Assembly: GCF_009914755.1 (NCBI RefSeq)
Contig: NC_060936.1
Source of the DNA: the human T2T-CHM13v2.0 reference genome, Homo sapiens
DNA length: 64,000 nt
Direction: 5' to 3' (one strand)
The position numbers and the translations under genes were made by a program. A model generated the notes under the pieces. The model saw only the letters and a program-made list of their open reading frames with translations. It did no database searches and was not told the DNA's origin. Of the stretch, positions 33,752 to 47,831 are shown one piece after another; the stretch's first letter is position 1; each line of letters opens with the position of its first letter.

Positions 33752-34078
33752 AGCTGTCTAGCCTGGCAGCCACCAGCCACACATGGCTATGGAGCACTTG
33801 AGATGGGGCCAGTGTGAATCTAGATGTGCTGGAAGTGTAAAATACTCACTGGGTTTCAAAACTTAGAGGAAAACAAGGTGTTTTTCTCTAAAATGATCTC
33901 GGTGACAATTTGTTATGATGGTTACATGCTGAGATGGTAAGATTTGGGATATATCAGGTTAAATGAAACCTATTTCTTAAATTAATCTCACCTCTCTTTA
34001 CTTTTTGAAATGTGACTACTTGAAAATTTAACATGGCATCCATAGCTCACATTCTCTTGCTACTGGACAGCACTATGC
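33752..34078. mobile_element. MER33 hAT-Charlie element
   Basis: gcagccaccagccacacatggctatggagcacttga ... ctactggacagcact. Confidence 0.8.
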
Positions 34079-35102
34079 CAGGCCTGACTGTGCCACTAAA
34101 TATAGGCGCGACCTTGGCCAAGTCCTTTGTGCATTCTGGGTTGCTGTCTCCTTTGTTTGTAAAGCCAGGTGCTCTTCAAGGTCTGTGCAGGGCATTCTGG
34201 GTGTGGTATCTAGGTCATGGGGAACACAGAGAGAACACGGAACTGTCCCAGCGGGAAGGCATATTTAAGGACCAGGGCCAGTAGAGGCATAAGAAAGCCA
34301 AGGTGAGGACTGCTTGCTGCAGAGGGTTGACAATGCTGGTGAAAAAAGGGAAGGGGCTAAAAATCATTATACATTCTCCTGCAGAGACTTGGGCAGTTTG
34401 TAATCCAAAGAGAGGGAACTAACGTGGAGACAGAGATTAGATCGACGAGCGAGAGGGTGAATTGATGGAAGAGAGTGCCGCGAGAGTGGCAGGAAGGAGA
34501 TTTAAGGTCAGGGCAGGAATTAACCTTGGAGGACCAGGAGAGAATGAACAGGTGAGAAATAAATTAAACAATTAGCACACTCATCAAAACGGTGTCTCAA
34601 AGCACAAATGAAGGGGAATCGGGTGCCTCCGAGGACAGCACAGCTAACAGGTGTTTAGGAAGTCAGGAGGGGAGAGAGGACTTGCTGCAGAAGGGGAAAT
34701 TGGAGCTGGCTGAGGAAAATGAGTGTGTTTGCACAGAACACGTCACAGAGGAGTGGGGAGGCATGGGCTCACTGGGATGGGCAGGATGTAGGCCAAGTGA
34801 GGCCACGATAGGAAAGTCCCCAAAGCCCAGATAAAAGCAATTGCAGCCCAAATGCCAAAGAATAGAAAATCAAAGGCAAAAATAAATGTGTTGTGCTCTT
34901 TGACCCTAACCAACCTCTTTTTCCAGTTTGAGTTGGGGGCTGGAAAGTCAGGCCAAGGAGGTGCTTTGCTGCTCCATGCTGAGGGCAATGGCTAGTCACA
35001 GACCCAGACATTGGTGGGTATTTCATTTCAGCACCTCTACTCACTTGCTGTGTGGCCTTGGGGAGATGACCTAACCCCTGTGAGCCCAAGTTTCCTTAGG
35101 GG

Positions 35103-35765
<663 letters not shown>

Positions 35766-36792
35766 AGGAAGATGGCAGGACCCTTTACGAGGTATTGTGA
35801 AGACTCAATAATGGTATGTAAGTGTCTCAGCACACAGCTGAGAGCCAGGGAGAGTCGTTTCCATTCATAGTGGCTTGGAAGCTTCTGTAAGTGAGTGAGA
35901 GAGGGAAAACCCAGGTCTTCATGGTGTCCCCCTCTGGGGACAGTGCCCACTTCTCTTCAGGCTGGTGAACGTCCTGCTGATGTGGACACCGCCAAGTGGA
36001 GTGTGGGTCACTGGAGTGAGGTCCTGCACACACAACGGCCTCGGAGACACACACAATTGGACCAAGCATTCAGGAACACCAGCTTGGCGCGCTCCCGGCA
36101 CCGGAGGGACGCTGCCCCTAGTGACGGTCGCTCCGGCTGTGACGGCTTCCCTCCAGATGCCCTCACTGGAATCCCAGGATGTCCTGGGGGGAATTAAATT
36201 AAATCTTGCCAAGGACCTCAGGGGCAGCTGTTGGACAGAGCTCTCCCCTCTTCTCGACTCTCCACCCTGACGAGATAAACGGGCGGTTTCTTTCCTACCT
36301 TTCTCCGTGGATCAGTTCACTTTAGACCAGACTTTGTGTCTGTAACATCAACACTGTTGCTGATAGAGACTGTCCTCAGAGGAGGTGTGGTTCCAGCATG
36401 TCTACGTACCCATCCAGAAAGGGCGAATATTCTCTGAATTCCCCTAAATCTTTTGGGGCTGGAGCAACCTTTGCAAATCACCGATTCTAAGATCAGCGTT
36501 GAGGGGCACCACCAGAACCTCATGTTCAACCCAAACGTGGAGAAATTCCTCCTCTCTTGTTCAGAATCTCACTTCTTGCTCCTCTCTCAAGTGTGCTGAG
36601 AAATCAACATTTTTTCTTAGTGCCTCAGCTTCAGACAGAGGTTTAGGAAAGCCACCATCACTGCCTTCTTATTTTGACTCTCTTACCTGTTCCTGTCTGT
36701 CCGTCTCACCCAGAAGGAGGAGAGGGCCACGGCTGGGCTAGGCCATTCCCAGGTTTAGTGGGTTGATCTAGACTTCAACCTCACGACCTTGA

Positions 36793-37224
<432 letters not shown>

Positions 37225-39492
37225 CTATTTTTCTTCTTTCCCTCCCCAAGAAAGAAGACAAGGAGATGAGAAACCTCAGCCCTATTTCTTTTTGCTCTGC
37301 AAAATCCAAGCCCCATCTTTTTCCTGTTGCCACCAAATTGAGGGCAGCCCCATGTTCCTTCACTGGCTTCTGACCCAAAACTCAGACAAATAAGATCTTG
37401 GCATTTCGTGGGCCAAACACAAGAGGTTTCTTTTCTTTCTTTTCTCTCCCCTGTTCCCCTTTTAAAAGTGGGCCTCGGAGGTGTTGCTTTTCCTGCTGAA
37501 AGTTCCATCCGATTGGATTTCATGACAGGAAATACCTTACCCACTCTCTCCCTTTCTGCCTCCGCAGTGTTCTCTCCCTTCTGTGGTACGGCTCAGCCTG
37601 TTTTGGGCTAAGGAGGCCAGCAAGTCAAACTGAAACAATGTATTACTTGGAGCCAGGCGTGTAAAATGAGGATGCTTGAAGTCGAGCCCAGTGTTTTCTC
37701 TTTCCAAATAAACCCCGATGCCCCCAAATGGAAAAATCCAGCTCTCAGAACATAAGCCTGCTGGCTTCTCTCTGGCTGAAAGGTGCTGCATTTGAGCTAT
37801 TAAAAGGACTCTTTCTATTTTGCAAAAACCAAAGCTCCCCTTGGAGGTTTATGCTGTTCCATGGGGGACTGTTTCTTTGCTGGATGCTGAAAACAAAGGA
37901 AACACAACAGCGGCGCTTGCGTGTGTGACCTCTGATGGATTCTGAGAGGCTTTGACACGGCTTGTCTCAATGAATGCTGAGGACACTGTGAGGATGGTGG
38001 GGCGCAGGGAGGTTAAGTGCCCAGCGTTACATGATAGGAAGCAGCCGTGGCTGCACTGGAGCTAAGACTTCTGACGCTGGGCGCACACCTGTCCTCAACC
38101 AGCTGAGGCTGTCCTGACGCTCTCGTTGGAGGGAGAGAAGGAAGAGTGTCTCACAGCCCTGGATCATCAGTCTGGTCCAGATGCTCAGTCCTGATCCCCT
38201 TGGGTATTCCACTTACCATATGTTGGTGCTTCCAGCCTCTGGTCCTAACTCAGGGGCATCACCCTCCAGGAATTGCCCATCGGCCTCTGCAGTGTTGACT
38301 TTGCCCTTTTTGGATGCTGACTCTGCATTTGTGTGAGGGTGGGAGATCCACCTTGGATCTCAGCTTTGGCTTTTGGATGTGAGGATAAATTCAGGGTCTT
38401 TTTGTCTTTAAAGGAAAAAAGGCTGCATTCTTCCTACCAATCCGTCAGAGCTTTACTTAGGAACAAAGTGTCCTAAGCTTCCGAGAAATTCCCTATCCCT
38501 GGGAAGCAACCCCAGGGTTCTCTGTAAGTGACAGGAATGGTTGCTCTGGAGGAATTCTGAGTTGCTGCTAACTCCCGACAGCCTGCCCGACCAGGGCCCC
38601 TCGCCTCCTGTCATCCTGAACTTGATTCAGGTTTTGTCCTTGCTAAGGAAGCCAAAAGAAAGGGTCTTACTCCATCTTTCTGCCCTTGGCTTCCTCATTT
38701 TCCTTCTCCTGTGAGATCTCGAACAAGCGTCTTGAATGGCTGCTTATGAATAGCCCGGGATGTGGGTTGGGTCCTCCTTCCCGGTCACCCGCCTCCAGGG
38801 TGGACATGCCTGCCTGCGGCACCCACCTCTTTGCTGCATGACACTGTCTTCATAATAAACATCTCTGGGTGACACAAGATTGATGCCTCCATAGAGGCTT
38901 CCCGTGGCTCACACAATGCCCCTTTTGTAGGAATTCATGTTTTTCTGCAGGGCAATGCTTGCTGACACTGAGCTGCTTTTGCCAAGATCATAACCCCCAC
39001 TCCTCACCCCAAAGCTTTCAGGAATGAAGAATTTGGAGCTGCCGTTAGGCCTGCGGATCCGCTGGGTTTCTGCTCGGAGCTGATTGCCACTGAAGGCTGC
39101 TTGGACCAAGTCCATATCCCATGGAACTCTGGGCTGGGATGATCCGACCCCTTACAAAGGGCTCTCCCCGGGAATGCCATGCAAAGCATGGTCCCCAGGC
39201 TCCTAATTCAGATCTAGAAGCCCCTCAGTGTCTCCCAGCTGCGTGACATTTTGCTGAAATACCAGAGCTATCCCCGCCCCCATTAGCCTCAACTCTGCCT
39301 AACCCTCCAAGGACACAGGCAGGTTGGCCAACCTCCACTCAGGAGGCTGGCCCTACAGTATCCAGGCAGGGAGCTTGGGCTGTTGTGTTTCCATTTTCTG
39401 TGGGAAATGTCTGAAATGTACATTGCACCTTACAGATCATCAGAAAGATCTCAGGTGGCCTTTGGGAGGCAGAAGGACCCTAAGGGGCGAGG

Positions 39493-39642
39493 GGATGTGC
39501 CTCACTGTAGTGCTGGGACGGTGGCGGGGGGGATGTGCCTGACTCTAGTGCTGGGACGGTGGCGGGAGGATGTGCCTCACTCTAGTGCCGGGACGGTGGC
39601 GGGGGGATGTGCCTCACTCTAGTGCTGCGACGGTGGCGGGGG
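39493..39642 (+). repeat. G-rich 37-38-bp minisatellite, 4 copies
   Basis: ggatgtgcctcactctagtgctgggacggtggcgggg at 39493, 39531, 39568, 39605. Confidence 0.95.
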
Positions 39643-39819
39643 CTTGGCTGTGAGACTCTGGGGAGCAGAAAGCACTCATGGACTTGTCTCCTTTGTGCCT
39701 GAAGCTTCCCTCGGGCCGTGTGTCCCATAGGAAGCCGACTCTGATTCGATTAATAATTATAACATCAATGTGTGCTCCCTGCAGAAAATTCAGAGGACAC
39801 ACGGGACAGCAGAGGATGA

Positions 39820-40150
<331 letters not shown>

Positions 40151-40265
40151 TTTTTTTTTCTTTTGTCTCTCTTTTTTTTTTTTTTGAGACAGGGTCTCAC
40201 TCTGTCACCCAGGCTGGAGTCCAGTGGTGCGATCATACCTCACTGCAGCCTCAACTTCCTGGGCT
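40151..40265 (-). mobile_element. AluJ/FLAM 3' fragment truncated at the LTR17 junction
   Basis: atcatacctcactgcagcctcaacttcctgggct followed directly by LTR17 terminus tgttacc. Confidence 0.85.
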
Positions 40266-42829
40266 TGTTACCCGCGGGTCTTTGTTCTTAGAGCTCCCAA
40301 GATGGCGGCAAGCCTTTTGTTCTCTGACCTGGGGTTCTTGGCCTCAGGGATTCCAAGGAATGGAACCTTGGCCATGCAGTCAATGTTTTAGCTCTATTAG
40401 AAGCCGTTGGTCACGGAGGAGAACCGTGGACCCCAGCGACTAGTGTTCAGCTTGATTAGGACGAACCCTAATCTGAGCCGCACAGGAACAATGGCGAGCC
40501 TCTAGCCCCATCGGGAGCAGCAATGGGTGCCTCGCTGGATCAGAAACGCAGCAGACACCCTGCCGGATCCGGAGGGGTGGAAGTTAGTGGCGGGTCTGCG
40601 ACGGCGGCAATCAGCAGTGGTGGATGGTGAGTGAAAGCTCAGCTCGAGCTGGAACAAACACGGCGGAGAAGACTGTGCAGTTGTAAGATGTAATAGAGTG
40701 AAAACAGAGCTCCCATATAACGGGAGGGGACCCGAAAGCGGTTGCCACTAATGGCTCGAATGCCTAGGTTTATATCCCTATCATTGTCCCTCCCCCTGTG
40801 CTCTCAGGCGACAGATGATTGACTATTTCTTTTTTTTTTTCTCCCTCTGTCCAGCAACCACAATTGTTTACTTTTTGGCATGTTTTCTTCCATTATTATT
40901 TTGTTTTGTTTTGTTTTGTTTTTTATTGATCATTCTTGGGTGTTTCTCGCAGAGGGGGAGGGATTTGGCAGGGTCACAGGACAATAGTGGAGGGAAGGTC
41001 AGCAGATAAACAAGTGAACAAAGGTCTCTGGTTTTCCTAGGCAGAGGACCCTGCGGCCTTCCGCAGTGTTTGTGTCCCTGGGTACTTGAGATTAGGGAGT
41101 GGTGATGACTCTTAAGGAGCATGCTGCCTTCAAGCATCTGTTTAAACAAAGCACATCTTGCACTGCCCTTAATCCATTCAACCCTGAGTGGACACAGCAC
41201 ATGTTTCAGAGAGCACAGGGTTGGGGGTAAGGTCACAGATCAACAGGATCCCAAGGCAGAAGAATTTTTCTTAGTACAGAACAAAATGAAAAGTCTCCCA
41301 TGTCTACCTCTTTCTACACAGACACGGCAACCATCCGATTTCTCAATCTTTTCCCCACCCTTCCCCCCTTTCTATTCCACAAAACCACCATTGTCATCAT
41401 GGCCCATTCTCAATGAGCTGTTGGGTACACCTCGCAGACGGGGTGGTGGCCGGGCAGAGGCGCCCCTCACCTCCCGGACGGGGCGGCTGGCCGGGCGGGG
41501 GGCTGACCCCCCCACCTCCCTCCCGGACGGGGCGGCTGGCCGGGCGGGGGGCTGACCCCCCCACCTCCCTCCCGGACGGGGCGGCTGGCCAGGCAGAGGG
41601 GCTCCTCACTCTTCCCAGTAGGGGCGGCCGGGCAGAGGCGCCCCTCACCTCCTGGACGGGGCGGCTGGCCGGGCGGGGGGCTGACCCCCCCACCTCCCTC
41701 CCGGACGGGGCGGCTGGCCGGGCGGGGGGCTGACCCCCCCACCTCCCTCCCGGACGGGGCGGCTGGCCGGGCAGAGGGGCTCCTCACTTCCCAGTAGGGG
41801 CGGCCGGGCAGAGGCGCCCCTCACTTCCCGGACGGGGCGGCTGGCCGGGCGGGGGGCTGACCCCCCCACCTCCCTCCCGGACGAGGTGGCTGCCGGGCGG
41901 AGACGCTCCTCACTTCCCAGACGGGGTGGCTGCCGGGCGGAGGGGCTCCTCACTTCTCAGACGTGGCGGCTGCCGGGCGGAGGGACTCCTCACTTCTCAG
42001 ACAGGGCGGTTGCCAGGCAGAGGGTCTCCTCACTTCTCAGACGGGGCGGCCGGGCAGAGACGCTCCTCACATCCCGGACGGGGCTGCAGGGCAGAGGTGC
42101 TCCTCACATCTCAGACGATGGGCGGCCGGGCAGAGACGCTCCTCACTTCCCAGATGTGATGGCGGCCGGGAAGAGGCGCTCCTCACTTCCTAGATGGGAT
42201 GGCAGCCGGGCAGAGACGCTCCTCACTTTCCAGACTGGGCAGCCAGGCAGAGGGGCTCCTCACATCCCAGACGATGGGCGGCCAGGCGGAGATGCTCCTC
42301 ACTTCCCAGACGGGGTGGTGGCCGGGCAGAGGCTGCAATCTCGGCACTTTGGGAGGCCAAGGCAGGCGGCTGGGAGGTGGAGGTTGTAGCGAGCCGAGAT
42401 CACGCCACTGCACTCCAGCCTGGGCACCATTGAGCACTGAGTGAACGAGACTCCGTCTGCAATCCCGGCACCTCGGGAGGCCGAGGCTGGCGGATCACTC
42501 GCGGTTAGGAGCTGGAGACCAGCCCGGCCAACACAGTGAAACCCCGTCTCCACCAAAAAAATACGAAAACCAGTCAGGCGTGGTGGCGCGCGCCTGCAAT
42601 CGCAGGCACTGGGCAGGCTGAGGCAGGAGAATCAGGCAGGGAGGTTGCAGTGAGCCGAGATGGCAGCAGCACCGTCCAGCTTCGGCTCGGCATCAGAAGG
42701 AGACCGTGGAAAGAGAGGGAGAGGGAGACCCTGGAAAGAGAGGGAGAGGGAGACCGTGGGGAGAGGGAGAGGGAGAGGATTGACTATTTCTTTACCTCCT
42801 GCTTTTAGCCTAATTGGTATTTCAGTGAG
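40266..42829 (-). mobile_element. HERV-W LTR17, 5'-truncated, interrupted by SVA (LTR parts 40266-40832 and 42778-42829)
   Basis: Collinear with the LTR17 at 45488-46201; intact U5 end; roughly the first 130 nt of U3 are missing. Confidence 0.92.
40833..42777 (-). mobile_element. Full-length SVA (SVA_D-like) with 3' transduction
   Basis: Hexamer ~42710-42777, Alu-like ~42330-42710, GC-rich VNTR ~41430-42330, SINE-R ~40922-41430; perfect 16-bp TSD gattgactatttcttt (40817-40832 / 42778-42793). Confidence 0.97.
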
Positions 42830-43348
42830 TCACTTAGTTTTTAAAAAGTTTATTTTATACCAACATGATGATGGTATAATGTACACATGATAAAAAGTAT
42901 CCACTTTAAATGTACAGGGTGATGGGTTTTGACAAATGAATACACCTGTGTAACCTCTACCCTGGTCAAGACTTAGAAATGTTTCCAGCACCCCATAAAG
43001 TTCCCTCCAGTCCTTTTGCAGTCAGTTTGCCCCTCCCACCTTTGGGCAACTACTGTTCTGATGTCTATTAGTTGTGAAGTTCTAGAACTGCAAATCAATG
43101 GGATCCTGCAGGATGTTTTGTGGCCATCTTTCTTCACTCAGCAGTACCTTTTTGATCCCCCTGTGTTCCTTCTTGGGTCTGCAGGCTTGTTCTCTGTCGC
43201 TGACTACCGTCCAATTGGATGACTAAACAAACTATAAATATAACTTTTTTTATGAATAAACAAATAAGTAAAAAGTTTATCCATTTGTTCTCCTATTGAT
43301 GGATGTTTCACTTAGTTATGTTACAAATCTTTTCTGTGTTTCTAATAA

Positions 43349-43690
<342 letters not shown>

Positions 43691-44125
43691 TAAGAATTGT
43701 GCTGAATGGCTGTTTTATTCACAGGTGTTTAGGTTTGTCTGTTGTGATAAACATCCTTATACGCAAAGTTTTGTCCAGGAGAGATGCTTAAAAGCAAATG
43801 GCAAAATCAAAGCTCAGAACATTTTAAAGGTTCTTGACACACACACTGCCACCTTTCTTTCTCTGTACATTATGTGTATAAAAGAGCCTAAATCAGCCAT
43901 CTCAACAGTGTGGAGGAGTTTGGCTTTTTCATCTTTTGCAAATTGGATGATTTGAAGAATTATTCCAATGGAGCAGAGATTATTCTAATTTGCTTTTTTG
44001 TTTTGAAGAGAGACTGAACATTTTCCCCCATATGTTTGACTCTTATATTTCTTTTTTGTGAAATAACTTTAATTTTCTTTACCCACTTACCTATCAAAGA
44101 GACGTTTCCTTTTTTCTTTCTTTCT

Positions 44126-44126
<1 letters not shown>

Positions 44127-44165
<39 letters not shown>

Positions 44166-44426
44166 AGATTGAGTCTCGTTCTGTCGTCCAGGCTGCAGTG
44201 CAGTGGCGTGATCTTGGCTCACTGCAACGTCCGCCTCCTGGGTTCAAGCGATTCTCCTGCCTCAGACTGCAGTGTGTGCCACCAGGCCCAGCTAATTTTC
44301 GTATTTTTAGTAGAGACAGGGTTTCACCATATTGGCCAGGCTGGTCTCGAACTCCTGACCTCCTGATCCACCCGCCTCAGCCTCCCAAAGTGCTGGGATT
44401 ACAGGCATGAGCCACTGCGCCTGGCC
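44127..44426 (-). mobile_element. AluS with internal deletion and T38 tail
   Basis: 38 uninterrupted T at 44127-44164. Confidence 0.93.
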
Positions 44427-44898
44427 AGAGACAGTGTTTTCTCATGTATTTGTATGAAGTCTTCCTCTATGAAGGCTATCAACTCCTTGTCGTGTTTGTT
44501 TCAGGTATTTCCCTTAATTTGATATAGTGGATTGGTTTTGTAGATGATGCTTCTCGATTCAATGTCAATGACAAAATTATCTAGCCAGTCTATTGTTTTT
44601 GATGGTTTCTTTGTGAATTTCTTTCATTGTCTTAAATTATATAAAGCCCTCCTATACCCCAAGATTAAAGAACTGTTGTATTTTTTACAGTTTTAGTTTA
44701 CACTTTTAACCATCTGTAATTTATTTTGGTATATGGTTTGAGGTAAAAATCTAAATTCATTTATTTTCCCCAATTGCTACCTCCCAATTGTCCCAGCACT
44801 ATTCATGAAATAATTTGTATTTTCCCCCAGTTAACACTACCTTTGTCATACATCAATTCTTGAATTTCTGTCAACTGTTAACATTTATTAATGCAGGG

Positions 44899-45232
44899 TG
44901 TTTTGTTTGTTTGTTTGAGACGGAGTCTCCCTCTGTCGCCCTCAGGCTGGAGTGCAGTGGCGTGATCTTGGCTCACTGCAACCTCCACTTCCCAGGTTCA
45001 AGGTTCAAGCCATTCTCTTGGCCTCAGCTTCCCGGGTAGCTGGGATTACAGGCGTGTGCCACCATGCCTGGCTAATTTTGTATTTTAGTAGAGATGGGGT
45101 TTCACCATGATGGCCAGGCTGGTCTCAAACACCTGACCTCAAGTGATCCACCCGCCTAGGCCTCCCAAAATGCTGGGATTACAGGCATGAGCAAAGTGCT
45201 GAGATTACAGGCATGAGACACCACACCTGGTC
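44899..45232 (-). mobile_element. AluS with internal tandem duplication
   Basis: TSD attaatgcag; caaa(a/g)tgctg(g/a)gattacaggcatgag present twice. Confidence 0.93.
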
Positions 45233-45487
45233 ATTAATGCAGTTTTATAAGTGTAGTTTACTGAGACAGTTTTAATACATGGGGGGACAGTTTAATACCT
45301 AGATCCCCTCTCTCTTACATCTTCTTTAAAGTTAGCTACTCTTGCCAGGGCAAGTTTTCAGATGAATTTTAGAATTATTCTGCAAAGGCTGAAAAAATTC
45401 CATAAAGAGTCTTGACTGATTTACACTAAACCAACACACTGATTTGAAAGAATCCGCATCTTGGCAAATTATCGTTGTGAGTTGTAT

Positions 45488-46201
45488 TGTTACCGGGGAT
45501 CCTTGTTCTTAGAACTCCCAAGATGGCTGCGGGCTGCTTCCAAGATGGCGGCAAGCCTCTCGTTCTCTGACCTGGGGTTCTTGGCCTCACAGATTCCAAG
45601 GAATGGAATCTTGGGCCATGCGGTGAGCATTATGGCTCTATTCAGCTCGATTAGGACAAACCCCCGGCACTTAGCCCGCACAGGAACAATGGCGAGCCTC
45701 TAGACCGATTGGGAGCGGCAATGGGCACCTCCTCACTAGATCAGAAGTGCAGCGGACACCCTGCTGGATCCGGAGGGGTGGAAGTCAGGGCTGGTCTGTG
45801 ACAGCGGCGATCAGCAGTGGTGGAGGGTGAGTGAAAGCTCAGCTCGAGCCATAACAAACACGGCCCAGAAGAGTGTGCAGTTGCAAGATTTAATACAGTG
45901 AAAACAGAGCTCCCATAAAATGGGAGGGCACCCAAAGGGGGTTGCCCTTGTTGGCTGGAATGCCTGGGTTTATATCCTGATCATTGTCCCTCCCCCTGTG
46001 CTCTCAGGCGATAGATGATTGGCTATTTCTTTACCTTCTGTTTTTGCCTAATTAGCATTTTAGTGAGCTCTCATTACTACCTGATTGGTCGGGTGTGAGC
46101 TAAGTTGCAAGACCCGTGTTTAAAGGTGGATGCGGTCACCTTCCCAGCTAGGCTTAGGGATTCTTAGTCTGCCTAGGAAATCCAGCTAGTGCTGTCCCTT
46201 A
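45488..46201 (-). mobile_element. HERV-W LTR17 solo LTR
   Basis: Reverse complement starts taagggacagcactagctggatttcctaggc and ends ccccggtaaca; perfect TSD gtat; small U5 deletion. Confidence 0.95.
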
Positions 46202-46877
46202 GTATCTAGGGTATAGATCCTAGGGCTAACCTGAACTGGGTTATAGAGATGAGGGGAAGGGGCAGGGGAGAGGTGTGGCGGCACTTTGTTTTTAGGCCTT
46301 ACATCTGGAAGCTTGTTAAAGCTTTGGCAACAGAATTTCCAAATTTGGCGACACCTGATGATGAAACTCCCACTGTGGAGCTCTGTCTGGGCCGTGCTAG
46401 AGGGTATTTGTCATTCATCCATGAAACCAGCGCCGCCCAAAGTCTCTGGTGCCCACACAGAGCACCAGGCAAAGCAACAAAGGACTGGGGTGTCCCATCT
46501 CGGCCCAGTTGCCCATGCCAGGGTTTAATTGTAATTTCTCTGTACCTGGCTTTGCCACTGGGACTCCTGGGTTTCACGTGCAACACAGCTACCCTACCTG
46601 AGAGTCCTTTCACAAAGGGCAAAATCAATCCGGCTGTCTAGTTTGAGCTTTGCTTGGGGACAGGCCCTGGGAATGGGCTGAGCCAGTCGGATAAGCCACA
46701 GTGAACTCATGTTGAGTGGTGATCATGGGGCAGAGCAGGGACAAAGTGAGGCGATGAAGTACTGGCCACAGTGAGGCTTCAGTCTTACATCGCTTCTTTT
46801 GTATTTTACCAGCAAGACCTACTGGCATTTCTCTTCCTTCTCTGCCTTCGTTTCAAAGGACATGGGGGCCATTAAAC

Positions 46878-47294
46878 TGTTATGCCCGTCTGTGTGAAGA
46901 GAACACCAAATAGGCTTTGTGTGAGCAATAAAGCTTTTTAATCACCTGGGTGCAGGCGGACTGAGTCCGAAAAGGGAGTCAGCAAAGGGAGATAGGGGTG
47001 GGGCAGTTTTATAGGATTTGGGTAGGTAGTGGAAAATTACAGTTAAAGGGGGTTGTTCACAAGGTGCAGGAGTGGGGGTCACAAGGTGCTGGTGAGAAGG
47101 CTCTGATATTCATTGTCCAGGAGAAGGAATGTCACAAGGTTAATTCATCAGTTAGGGTGGGGCAGGAGCAAATCACAAGGGTGGAATGTCATCAGTTAAG
47201 GCAGGAACCGGCCATTTTCACTTCTTTTGTGGTTCTTCAGTTGCCTCAGGCCATCTGGATGTATTCGTGCAGGCCTGGGCTCAGAGGCCTGACA
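46878..47294 (-). mobile_element. HERV-H solo LTR (LTR7C-like)
   Basis: Reverse complement tgtcaggcctctgagcccaggcctgcacg...gcataaca; TSD taaac/gaaac. Confidence 0.9.
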
Positions 47295-47502
47295 GAAACA
47301 TGCACCCAGAGGCGGGAGCTAACATCAGCGAAAGCCCATACCTCTCTCAACAAGATTCCAGTTCCTCCCTGTTGGCCACCTCCTTCTGGGGGCTTCTGCT
47401 CTGTATCCCATTGGTTGTGTGACATCATCAGCTTCCTCTAAAAATTGCAAAGGACACAGAATCATTTTGCCTCAGAGCTGGGCTGCATGAGATTTAGTAC
47501 TG

Positions 47503-47823
47503 CAGACAGCTCTCTGTATGTGTGGGTTCTGCATCTGGGGATTCAACCAACCTCGGATAGAAAATATTCAGGAAAAAATTGTACTGAACATGTACAGAGC
47601 TTTTGGTTATTATTTCCTGAACAATATAACAACTATTTACATAGTATTTTCATTGTATTAGGTATTATAAGCAATCTGGAGATATTTTAAAGTATACAGG
47701 AGGATGTGCATAGGTTATATGCAAATACCACACCATTTGATATCAGGGACCTGAGCATCTGCACATTTTGCTGTCTGTGGGGGCCCTGGAACCAACCTCC
47801 CACAGATACTGAGGGATGGCTGT
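47503..47823. mobile_element. MER2 (TcMar-Tigger)
   Basis: ggattcaaccaacctcggatagaaaatattc...cagatactgagggatggctgta. Confidence 0.85.
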
Positions 47824-47831
47824 ACTTAGAA

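Noticed and set aside
35900-36300. CpG-enriched stretch with overlapping 80-100 aa ORFs and a possible acceptor at 35960
   Set aside because: No recognisable protein and no convincing matching donor; too weak to call an exon
41121-42890. GC-rich ORFs and apparent CpG island
   Set aside because: Entirely SVA VNTR and Alu-like domain
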